In this document: piece after piece, positions 19,052-27,259 of the stretch | How positions within the stretch are numbered: the first letter of the stretch is position 1 | How the letters are laid out: each line of letters begins with the position of its first letter | Assembly: GCA_013289705.1 (NCBI GenBank) | Contig: JABCZM010000002.1 | Coordinates: 14,848 to 78,847 of the forward strand | DNA length: 64,000 bases | Direction of reading: 5' to 3' | Source: Candidatus Saccharimonadota bacterium | GTDB lineage: Bacteria; Patescibacteriota; Saccharimonadia; Saccharimonadales; UBA4665 | Program-made: the position numbers and the translations under genes | Notes under the pieces: model-generated | What the model was told of the DNA's origin: nothing | The model's database searches: none | The model's input: only the letters and a program-made list of their open reading frames with translations

Positions 19052-19636
19052 CGAAACATAAAGCCAGTGGTGATTACTGTATTGGGCAACGCTTTTTAAC
19101 AAACCCTTGGTTGATTGCCTGGTTTGCAATGCCTCGCGAACAGAGGTGGATGACACATCGGGCGCGTAACTATTAATAAGTGTCACGAGCGGTGCCTGCG
19201 GCCAGCTGGCAACCGTTTGCTTGATATCCTCAACTGCTTGGCCGTCTCGCCGGCCAATTACCAGCTCAGCCATCGCAAACAAGCGCTCAATGTGCGGCCA
19301 GGTACTCATGTGTAGTACCGCATCGGAACCAACCAAAAATACCAGCTGACTATCTGGGAACATTATTTCTAAATTTGGTAAGGTACGCTGCATGGAAAAA
19401 CTGACATCGTCCAATTCTAGGACTTCAAAATTTGGATATGGGCGAACTGCGCGCTGCAACATGGCAACCCGATGGCCAAAGTGTTCAACCGTCTTCTTGT
19501 GACGTGGCCGCCGTTCCGGCAAGAAATACAGCCTATCGAGTTTTGCTGCCTGCACCGCTTGCAAGGCAAAAGCAATGTGGCCAGCGTGCACGGGGTTGAA
19601 CGTGCCGCTATAGATACCAATACGTTCTTTGGTCAC
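19040..19636 (-). CDS. nadD: nicotinate-nucleotide adenylyltransferase
   Basis: GIYSGTFNPVHAGHIAFA (HxGH nucleotidyltransferase motif) and SSTSVREAL. A GTG start at 19636 with a GGAG 8 nt upstream is preferred; the maximal ORF extends to 19669. Confidence 0.8.
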   Translation of the reverse strand: MTKERIGIYSGTFNPVHAGHIAFALQAVQAAKLDRLYFLPERRPRHKKTVEHFGHRVAMLQRAVRPYPNFEVLELDDVSFSMQRTLPNLEIMFPDSQLVFLVGSDAVLHMSTWPHIERLFAMAELVIGRRDGQAVEDIKQTVASWPQAPLVTLINSYAPDVSSTSVREALQTRQSTKGLLKSVAQYSNHHWLYVSLPK

Positions 19637-19717
19637 TCGGCTAGCTCCATCGTGGCACCTTTGCAACATTTGGCGGTATCAAATTGTTCAGTGTTTTGGT
19701 CTTGAGCCATGCAGGTA

Positions 19718-21280
19718 TTATAGACCAGCTCCCACCAGAGCCAATTTACCCGCAGGACGAGAGGCCTCCGCAGTGATTTGGCCAGATTCTTGTTGTTCTT
19801 GTTCAAATGATTCAATACCAGCTTCTTCGAAGACTTGGTTAGCCTGTTTGGAAATTTTGGTTTCAAGAGCCGCCGCTTTAGCTTCTGCCTGGGCTTTCCT
19901 TTTGGCCGCAAGCGCTTTCCGACCGCCATTGCCCTTAGAAAATACGCTGCCATTTATGACCATCGCCTTGCAATCCCAGCAAGCCAGAACTTTGGCACAC
20001 GGATCTGCAAAAACTCTAGCCGTACAGTGTGGGCATTTCATCCACTTTTCGCTTGATGCCTCCTCGTCTGGCTTGCTATTCGGATTATTGTTATCTTCTG
20101 GATTACCATTTTTATTAAGCGGGCAGCTACCAGAAACAGCCGTTTTTTGGGCAGCGTGCAAAGATTCTTCCGCTCGCTTGGTCTCACCGCGCTCTAGGAA
20201 AAAGCGTGCTTCTTCGACGTGCAGTGCCGCCGTCGGTCCGAACACTAACGCATTAACTTCTTTGTTCGTGGTAGCGTATTTGACACAGAACCGCTCAGAC
20301 AGATAATCAAGCCGCAAGATTGCCTCCAGAGGTGTTTCAAAAGCATGGGCTTCTTTAAGAAGTTGGGCTCTGATTTGCAACACCATGCTGTGCTGATTTT
20401 TTTCGCGTTGCCTACAAAATTCTCGGTGTTCCAAGTAGTCCTGTCGTGGCTTCGCTTCGCCGTAAAAGGTTCCGCCAGCCTCATCGTCGTACAGCTTTAC
20501 AAGATCTACCAAACCGTTCGGCAAAGCTTCTTTTGGTATCAGGAGAACTTTACCTTGAATTTCATTCCCATCATCGGTATCGAGCGGCGCACCGAACGTT
20601 TCAGCAAGTTTTTTGATCGTTTTTATATCATGACGAGGACTTGTTGGCGTCGCCTTACCGGCCACAAGAGCAGTTTCGAGCGCAATATCGTCACCGTCTG
20701 CCGCGAACAACTGGATTGAACATGTCTCAGTATCGGTATAGAAGTTGTAGTCTTTTTTGTCGGCCTGCGACATGGTGGTGGAAGTCGTGGAGTGCACGAC
20801 GGCATAGTGGGTTTTTAGTATGCCCTCTGCATGCAGTTTCTGGATAATAGCAACATTCTTGTGGTCTTGTTTTGTGCGGCCTTCCATTTCTCCATTTAAC
20901 GTCGTGTATTTTAGTGCGTTCAACGACATATCGGACAGTTTTTTACCATTTTGCTCGAATACGCTGTTGTTGGCCTGCAATTTCACCTTCGTATATAAGC
21001 CAGCTTTGCTTAGTCGCTCGCCGATGTCTTTACTAATATTCATATCCACCACTGCTATATCTTTCGGCTCGCCAAGCAAGGCAGCCCGTTGTATGGTGCT
21101 CATGAGGGTTGAGTCATTGACTTGCTCACGAGTGTCAATTGCACCAGCCTCACCACGAATGGCAATACCACCCAATGCCTGTATGGACTCTCTTCGGGCC
21201 GCCAATTCCAGCTCTGGGTATGCAGTCTCCACTAGGAGCCACTGTGGAATGATTTGGTGGTGTTGTTCGGGGCTGGTCAT
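19718..21280 (-). CDS. 520-aa protein of unknown function with C-terminal zinc-ribbon and Lys/Ala/Glu-rich tail
   Basis: Long ORF with normal codon appearance. CPHC...(13 aa)...CWDC four-Cys ribbon at about aa 415-440, preceded by an N/P/D-rich linker. I recognise no family for the ~400-aa N-terminal region. Confidence 0.6.
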   Translation of the reverse strand: MTSPEQHHQIIPQWLLVETAYPELELAARRESIQALGGIAIRGEAGAIDTREQVNDSTLMSTIQRAALLGEPKDIAVVDMNISKDIGERLSKAGLYTKVKLQANNSVFEQNGKKLSDMSLNALKYTTLNGEMEGRTKQDHKNVAIIQKLHAEGILKTHYAVVHSTTSTTMSQADKKDYNFYTDTETCSIQLFAADGDDIALETALVAGKATPTSPRHDIKTIKKLAETFGAPLDTDDGNEIQGKVLLIPKEALPNGLVDLVKLYDDEAGGTFYGEAKPRQDYLEHREFCRQREKNQHSMVLQIRAQLLKEAHAFETPLEAILRLDYLSERFCVKYATTNKEVNALVFGPTAALHVEEARFFLERGETKRAEESLHAAQKTAVSGSCPLNKNGNPEDNNNPNSKPDEEASSEKWMKCPHCTARVFADPCAKVLACWDCKAMVINGSVFSKGNGGRKALAAKRKAQAEAKAAALETKISKQANQVFEEAGIESFEQEQQESGQITAEASRPAGKLALVGAGL

Positions 21281-21414
21281 AGTTTTATAGGCTTTGTATG
21301 GTGCTCAGTTACTTCTTCTACCAAGCAATACACACCAAACGTGCCGACGACATACAACAAATCACCGAGCAGTGATGCAATTTTTATGTTTGTGAAGTGA
21401 GTTGGACGACTCAT
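21277..21414 (-). CDS. small (45-aa) single-TM protein, possibly translationally coupled to the 520-aa gene
   Basis: MSRPTHFTNIKIASLLGDLLYVVGTFGVYCLV. The stop overlaps the downstream ATG (ATGA). The maximal ORF runs to 21519. Confidence 0.35.
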   Translation of the reverse strand: MSRPTHFTNIKIASLLGDLLYVVGTFGVYCLVEEVTEHHTKPIKL

Positions 21415-21649
21415 ATGTAACCCTTCTTGATGGAGAGCAAGGGGTGTTTCTCGGTAAGCCCGGTGAAACTGACGACTTGCTCGGCCATCGTAGTTAAGAA
21501 GCTGTATCTGACTTATCACTCTTTATGAAAAGAATGCTTTACAGTTGCGGCACAGTTCCCGATTCGCACGGGATTCCAGCTTTGATTGTTAAGTTCTAGT
21601 AGTGTAGCACCAGTCCATTACGCTAGATATAGTAGTTTTTGCAATGAAA

Positions 21650-22321
21650 TTACTTGAGTCTGAAACTTTTTATTGCGTTGGTGAACAGGCTGTAATCGGG
21701 GCTTGCACTATTGTCGGTGTAGACAAAAAAGAAGTGATGAGGGCCACTTGTACCAGTCAGGGTAGCGTTGTTTAGCCCATCTGGTGACGTCGTACCAACC
21801 ACATCACGTTCGTAGTTGCCGGTATCGCACAAGAAATCAATTCCCTGCCACTTTGCCAGCACGCCACCGTGGCCCTGGGTATTCGACATGCCCGTAAAGG
21901 TCGTACAGTTGTCCGATACACTACCAAGTACGTTGATAGTGTTTTGGTGAGCCTGAATATGTAGCGCTCGATTCACCGCAAACGTGCCAACATTTGTGTC
22001 GATGTATATTTCGAGCCAACGATTTTTATTGTCACCAACCGAACCCTGCCAGCCCAGCGTTGGTGCCGGTACATCGTTGTGAACAATCGGCTTCCAGTCT
22101 ATTGGTAATTTTATAGAAAACAGTTTTTCGTCAAAGGTAGTGAGTTTGGTGGTATCGTAGCTAATTTTTGTGACAACAACTGCAGGCGTATTGCCAATAT
22201 GATTATCGGACTTCAAAAAATGGCCTAACGCGAACAGACCTGCCAAAATAACAATAACAATACCACCCAACCAAGCATAAAACTTGCGGTGACTGTGTTC
22301 GGGTTCGCCTGACCGGTACAT
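21650..22321 (-). CDS. single-pass membrane-anchored exported protein, function unknown
   Basis: Start placed at MYRSGEPEHSHRKFYAWLGGIVIVILAGLFALGHF (22321). The longer ORF would overlap the upstream LexA-like gene by 70 nt. Confidence 0.5.
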   Translation of the reverse strand: MYRSGEPEHSHRKFYAWLGGIVIVILAGLFALGHFLKSDNHIGNTPAVVVTKISYDTTKLTTFDEKLFSIKLPIDWKPIVHNDVPAPTLGWQGSVGDNKNRWLEIYIDTNVGTFAVNRALHIQAHQNTINVLGSVSDNCTTFTGMSNTQGHGGVLAKWQGIDFLCDTGNYERDVVGTTSPDGLNNATLTGTSGPHHFFFVYTDNSASPDYSLFTNAIKSFRLK

Positions 22322-22346
22322 TTTGTGTTTTCTATTGATGATCGAA

Positions 22347-22835
22347 TTATAACGCAGCTTGTCCGGATTGTCGTTTTTTAAGTGCCGACAGGCGTGGCAT
22401 AAAGCTTTGGGCGGCACCTTCCAGCCCTAGTACTCGCAGCGCACCAACCAGTACGTATAATTGATCGACATTGGATTCTAACAGCTCAGCACCGCTGTTT
22501 TCGACTTGTCCAAAGGCGTGTTCAATTTTCTCGACTAACCACTTCTCTTCACCGGCAGCAATGATGTTGCTGGTAATTTTTGTTGCTTCTGAAGGCTGTA
22601 CAACCTCTAGTGAGCGAGCCGAGTGATCACGCTTTGCCAAATGCCCACGCTTAATCAGGTTATTGACATGCAACGCCACCGTCGCCACCGACGTATAGTT
22701 AAGCCCGTTCATAATTTCACGATAGCTTGGGCTGTAGCCATGCTCACCAATGAATGTTTCGATGTAGGCCAAAAGTTCACGCTGTTTTTTGGTTGGTCGA
22801 ACGCTTGTAGAATCAACCATTTGTTTTCCGTTCAT
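22347..22835 (-). CDS. LexA-type winged-helix DNA-binding protein lacking the S24 peptidase domain
   Basis: KKQRELLAYIETFIGEHGYSPSYREIMNGLNYTSVATVALHVNNLIKRGHL matches the LexA N-terminal domain. The ~85-aa C-terminal part has no GDSM/Ser-Lys dyad motifs. Confidence 0.65.
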   Translation of the reverse strand: MNGKQMVDSTSVRPTKKQRELLAYIETFIGEHGYSPSYREIMNGLNYTSVATVALHVNNLIKRGHLAKRDHSARSLEVVQPSEATKITSNIIAAGEEKWLVEKIEHAFGQVENSGAELLESNVDQLYVLVGALRVLGLEGAAQSFMPRLSALKKRQSGQAAL

Positions 22836-22908
22836 AAACTTAACTATGCCACAGACTTTAGATTATAAAAACTGCCGGCGTGACCAACAAGCACTTATAT
22901 CAACCATA

Positions 22909-23328
22909 CTATGTTTTGGCTTTACCACTGGTTTCTGGAAATACCCAATATTTGTACCAGAGAAAGCTCCAGAACGTGAAGAATACGCCGGAGATAAAGA
23001 AGCCGATGTATGGGGTGATACCGATAGCATAAAGACCACCAATCAGGAAGTAATCGAGCACCAGGCCAATGCTTTCAATTGAGATATAGCGAGCGGCGTG
23101 CTGCATCTCGCCCAACGAAATATGGTCACCAAACGCCCAAAAGCGCTGAAAGAAGTAATTGATGGTCCAGCCGATGGTGTCCGATAGCAATTTTGCCGGA
23201 AACCATTTCCAATGCAAACCCGAATAACAGATAGCAAACACGCCGTACGACACCCAAAAATACAACGACCCACCAACCAAATATTTCATAAATCGGGCCG
23301 AATCAGCCTTGGTTATTTTATACTTCAT
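22909..23328 (-). CDS. GtrA family membrane protein (polyprenyl-phosphate-sugar translocation family)
   Basis: 139 aa with 4 TM helices. FMKYLVGGSLYFWVSYGVF and FQRFWAF motifs. Confidence 0.75.
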   Translation of the reverse strand: MKYKITKADSARFMKYLVGGSLYFWVSYGVFAICYSGLHWKWFPAKLLSDTIGWTINYFFQRFWAFGDHISLGEMQHAARYISIESIGLVLDYFLIGGLYAIGITPYIGFFISGVFFTFWSFLWYKYWVFPETSGKAKT

Positions 23329-24628
23329 GCGTTTTCACTTTCGGCGTGGCGACAGCTATGCCCGCCAGCCCCCACCACAAATAGGCCAACGTGTCATCTG
23401 CCCAAGCGTGTGACAACAAATTTACCAACGTCAGACCAGCTAGAGCAGCAAATAAGCCAAGCGCCAGTGAATCTTGCTTGCGAACCCAAAGTTCTTTTGC
23501 CACCAACCCATTAATACTCACAAATAATACCAAGCCCAGCCAGCCAACTTCCTGGCCAATTTGCACAAAATAATTTTCGGCAATCCGGACCTTACCGTTG
23601 TTATACACAGATGCTGGTCCAGCAGTTCCTGGCCCGCGACCAAGTGGTTCGTGCATCACATCGTGCAAGCCGTCTTTCAACGCAGACTCGTGACCTTGAT
23701 TGCTGCTTTTGGCAATCGTCGACTTGTCATCGGTATGGAACAGGCTGTCCTGAATCGCTGTATTGTGCCGCAGCAGCACGAGCGAACCACTCATGATAAT
23801 TACCGCTCCAATGGCGATACTCGACACAACTCGACGATTCCGTGCCGTTTTTAATCCAACCCACGCCAAAATTCCTATACTTACAATAAGACCCAGCCAA
23901 GCGCTCCGCGAAAATGTCAAAAATAGCACTAATCCACCGGTGACCGCAAGCACAGCGTACTGAACTATTCTGTGTTTTTGCCACCGAGCGAAAACCAAGC
24001 TTAGCACCAGCACTAAGTAAGCACCTAGTGGATTTGCACCACGTAGCGTCGACATAATGCGGAGGTGATGGATATTGTTGTTGATTGTCTCGTACGGAAA
24101 GATCGTCCCCGTGTTGTAGCCAGCATGCTTGAGCACATCGTAAGGCAACACAAAATATTGCAACAACCCGAACAATACAACGAGCGCGGCTGGCCACACC
24201 AACAAGCGCGGCCAGTAGATTTTTAGCTTTGGTGCACCAGTTGCAACAACCCACGCTGCCAAAAAGAACAGCAGAAACCTTGCGTTCACAATCCAGCCGT
24301 ACATGAGCGCTTTGGCGGTCACATCGTGCAACGCATACGAAATAATTCCCCATAGCAACTGCACAAACAGATACAGCACAATGACTCGAACAAGTTTCGA
24401 AGTGTACAACTGCCGACGCACCTTCGCATCCTGGGTTAGCACGTAGACCGCACCGATACCCAACGGTACGAGTAAAATTTCCTTCCAGAGCCGCAAAAGT
24501 GTGTAATGCCCAACCAAACTTGCCAACCAAACCGTCAGGAACGCATGAAACGGCACAAGTAGCAATATCGTCGCAACGATTGCCGCCAGAGCTGATGCCA
24601 ATATAGTAGTAGAGTTGCTACGCTTCAT
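23318..24628 (-). CDS. O-antigen ligase/polymerase-like (Wzy_C) polytopic membrane protein
   Basis: 436 aa with about 11 TM helices. FSRSAWLGLIVSIG motif and a periplasmic-type loop with H...HN residues. Confidence 0.7.
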   Translation of the reverse strand: MKRSNSTTILASALAAIVATILLLVPFHAFLTVWLASLVGHYTLLRLWKEILLVPLGIGAVYVLTQDAKVRRQLYTSKLVRVIVLYLFVQLLWGIISYALHDVTAKALMYGWIVNARFLLFFLAAWVVATGAPKLKIYWPRLLVWPAALVVLFGLLQYFVLPYDVLKHAGYNTGTIFPYETINNNIHHLRIMSTLRGANPLGAYLVLVLSLVFARWQKHRIVQYAVLAVTGGLVLFLTFSRSAWLGLIVSIGILAWVGLKTARNRRVVSSIAIGAVIIMSGSLVLLRHNTAIQDSLFHTDDKSTIAKSSNQGHESALKDGLHDVMHEPLGRGPGTAGPASVYNNGKVRIAENYFVQIGQEVGWLGLVLFVSINGLVAKELWVRKQDSLALGLFAALAGLTLVNLLSHAWADDTLAYLWWGLAGIAVATPKVKTHEV

Positions 24629-24676
24629 AAGTGTTACAATTTAGTATATAGGATAGACCCTTACGTATATTTAATT

Positions 24677-26125
24677 ATGAAGAATAACGCCTCACTTTTA
24701 TACAACGCCTGCCTGGTCATTGGAGATTTTCTAGCGCTGGTTGCCGCGTTCGTGGGCGCCTACGTCTTACGCGTTAGCTTAAGCAATGCGCCTATCGAAC
24801 ATCCAATTCATGCCATCACGTACATCGGTATTTTTGCCACTCTGTTGCCATTCTGGATTTTAATTTTTGGACTACTAGGACTGTACAACAGCAGTATTTA
24901 TGAACGACGCTTTAGCGAACTTGGACGCTTGCTTACAGGCTCATTTGTGGGTATGTTATTCGTGATTTTCTGGAACTTTTTGTCTGTTAATCCGATCTTT
25001 CCGGCAAAATTGATTCCTATTTATGGTTTTGGACTTGGTTTTGTGTTTTTAGTACTATTTCGGAACCTTGCCCGATTAATTCGCACAGAATTATTTGGAT
25101 TTAACATTGGGCTCACGAAGGTTGTGCTGGTTGGTAATACCGCTATTACCCACGAACTTGTTAACTCATTAGCCGACAGTCGACGTTCGGGCTACAAAGT
25201 AATTGGCGTCATTGGTGGCAAGCGCCAGATCGGTGATCGTCCAATACTTGCCTACGCTAATTTTGCGGAGTTTTTGCGGAGCGTACCAACGGATCTGCAT
25301 GGCATCATCCAAACCGAACTCTACGTCGACGAAGCACGCAATGCCGAAATCCTAACGTACGCCCAAGAACATCACATAAACTACCGCTTTGTACCAGGCA
25401 ATAGTGAATTATTCGTGGGCAACATTGACGTCGAACTGTTCCGCTCTAGTGTACCGGTTATTAACGTCCATCATACTGCTTTATTCGGCTGGGGCCGTGT
25501 GGTCAAACGCTTAACGGATATTTTCTTGGGCGGCTTGCTGCTTGTGCTGAGTTCGCCGTTCTGGGTACTGATTGCCATAGCCGTCAAACTAAACGATCCC
25601 AAAGGCCCTGTATTTTACCGCGCAAAACGGCTGACTCGCTTTGGCAACAGCATCAAAATCATGAAATTCCGAACCATGAAACAAACTTACAACAACATGA
25701 CCCCAGAAGAAGGCTTCGCCAAAATGGGGCAGCCGGAGCTGATCAAACCATACCGCCAGAACGGCGATCAACTACCCGATGATCCGCGTGTTAGCAGCAT
25801 TGGCCGCTTTTTGCGAGCAACCAGTTTAGACGAACTACCTCAGTTATTTAATGTCGTGCACGGCGAAATCAGCTTGGTTGGGCCACGCGCACTCGACATC
25901 TTCGAAATCGAACAATACTCCAAGAAAAATCTGATTCTGAGCGTCAAGTCCGGCCTAACCGGACTAGCAATTGTATCTGGCCGCAGCGGCATTAGCTTTG
26001 ACGAACGACGCAAGCTTGACTTGTACTACGTGCAAAACTGGAACTTTTGGTTAGACATCGTCATCTTGGCAAAAACCATCCGCGTTGTGCTGGAGCGTCT
26101 GACGCGACGGGGCGCACGCTACTGA
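24677..26125 (+). CDS. polyprenyl-phosphate glycosyl-1-phosphate transferase (WbaP/CpsE-type initiating sugar transferase)
   Basis: 482 aa. N-terminal TM block, central Rossmann-like segment, and a C-terminal Bac_transf domain (KRLTDIFLGGLLLV..., PKGPVFYRAKR, SLDELPQLFNVVHGEISLVGPR). Confidence 0.9.
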   Translation: MKNNASLLYNACLVIGDFLALVAAFVGAYVLRVSLSNAPIEHPIHAITYIGIFATLLPFWILIFGLLGLYNSSIYERRFSELGRLLTGSFVGMLFVIFWNFLSVNPIFPAKLIPIYGFGLGFVFLVLFRNLARLIRTELFGFNIGLTKVVLVGNTAITHELVNSLADSRRSGYKVIGVIGGKRQIGDRPILAYANFAEFLRSVPTDLHGIIQTELYVDEARNAEILTYAQEHHINYRFVPGNSELFVGNIDVELFRSSVPVINVHHTALFGWGRVVKRLTDIFLGGLLLVLSSPFWVLIAIAVKLNDPKGPVFYRAKRLTRFGNSIKIMKFRTMKQTYNNMTPEEGFAKMGQPELIKPYRQNGDQLPDDPRVSSIGRFLRATSLDELPQLFNVVHGEISLVGPRALDIFEIEQYSKKNLILSVKSGLTGLAIVSGRSGISFDERRKLDLYYVQNWNFWLDIVILAKTIRVVLERLTRRGARY

Positions 26126-27234
26126 TGGCCCGGCCGCTATCATCGCTTAGGGTGGCAATTGTCCACGACTGGCTAATTGGCGGTGGCGCAGAGCGTGTGG
26201 TACTAGAACTGCATCATATGTTCCCAGAGGCACCCATTTATACGTCATACACCACTGATATTTGGCGAGCCCGCATGGACGACAAAGTCATTACCGGTTT
26301 CTTGCAGCACTGGCCCTTTCCAAAAATTCGTAAATATGTACCGTTCTTGCGAGCTTGGTGGTTTAGCCATCTCGATTTGAGCAACTATGATTTAGTAATT
26401 TCTTCTAGTGGCGCCGAAGCAAAAGGCATCAAAACAGACCCAAACACACTACACATCAACTACTGTCATTCACCTACCCACTATTATTGGGTTCGCTACA
26501 ACGAATACTTGAAAAATCCTGGTTTTGGAAAGTTAGATTGGCTGGCACGATTTGGCTTAAAAATGCTGGTTGGACCAATGCGAACATGGGATTTGAAAGC
26601 GGCTGGACGCCCAGATGTAATGATTGCAAATTCAACCCAAACACAGGCAATGATCAAAAAATATTACAAACGTGATGCGGTCGTGGTACATCCGCCGGTT
26701 GACGTTGCGCGATTCAAGCGCCCTAAAACAGAGGTGTTGCGTCATGGCTTTGTGATTGCTGGCCGCCAGACGCCGTATAAACGGATTGATTTGGCCATCG
26801 AAGCCTGCAACGATCTTAAAGTACCCTTGGTCGTGATTGGCAACGGACCAGAGCATCGGCGACTCGAAAAACTGGCTGGGCGCAGCGTCACCTTTCTGAG
26901 CAACGTGTCAGACGAAGAAATGGCCGGGCATTTTCAATCGGCCGAGGCATTTCTATTCCCCGGTTTGGATGATTTTGGTATTTCACCGCTGGAATCTATG
27001 GCAGCTGGTACCCCTGTTATTGCGTACAAAGCTGGCGGCGCACTCGATTACGTCATTCCTGGGAAAACTGGCGAGTTTTTTGACAAGCAAACAACAAAAT
27101 CACTGATATCCGTTCTGGAAAGTTTCCGCTCTAGCCATTACAATGTAGCGAACCTGGAAGCAAAGGCAGCCGAATTCACGCCAGGGATATTTATCCATAA
27201 TATGCAAGAAATCATTAAAAAATCTTTACAATAA
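26125..27234 (+). CDS. glycosyltransferase family 4 (GT-B)
   Basis: Start at MARPLSSLRVAIVHDWL (ATG overlaps the upstream TGA as TGATG). C-terminal E-x7-E region (FLFPGLDDFGISPLESMAAGTPVIA). Confidence 0.85.
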   Translation: MARPLSSLRVAIVHDWLIGGGAERVVLELHHMFPEAPIYTSYTTDIWRARMDDKVITGFLQHWPFPKIRKYVPFLRAWWFSHLDLSNYDLVISSSGAEAKGIKTDPNTLHINYCHSPTHYYWVRYNEYLKNPGFGKLDWLARFGLKMLVGPMRTWDLKAAGRPDVMIANSTQTQAMIKKYYKRDAVVVHPPVDVARFKRPKTEVLRHGFVIAGRQTPYKRIDLAIEACNDLKVPLVVIGNGPEHRRLEKLAGRSVTFLSNVSDEEMAGHFQSAEAFLFPGLDDFGISPLESMAAGTPVIAYKAGGALDYVIPGKTGEFFDKQTTKSLISVLESFRSSHYNVANLEAKAAEFTPGIFIHNMQEIIKKSLQ

Positions 27235-27259
27235 ACCAGAAAGTAGTATATTTAAGATC

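Noticed and set aside
19629-20306. 225-aa plus-strand ORF antisense to the 520-aa gene
   Set aside because: The translation is Ser/Leu/Ala/Cys-rich nonsense-like, with no start context. It is an antisense shadow of a long ORF.
22322-22417. Upstream extension of the 21650 ORF into the LexA-like gene
   Set aside because: It would overlap the LexA-like gene's 3' end by 70 nt. An internal Met at 22321 gives a typical short cytoplasmic tail plus TM anchor.
23727-24530. 267-aa ORF overlapping the O-antigen-ligase-like gene in another frame
   Set aside because: Cys/Arg-rich, low-complexity translation lying entirely inside a well-supported polytopic membrane gene. This is a typical shadow ORF.
26047-26124. 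Longer N-terminal extension of the GT4 ORF
   Set aside because: It would overlap the WbaP-like gene by 79 nt. The conserved GT4 N-terminus (RVAIVHDWL) begins right after the ATG at 26125, which overlaps the upstream stop (TGATG).
27235-27259. glmS ribozyme upstream of glmS
   Set aside because: The intergenic region is only 25 nt, far too short for the ~170-nt ribozyme.
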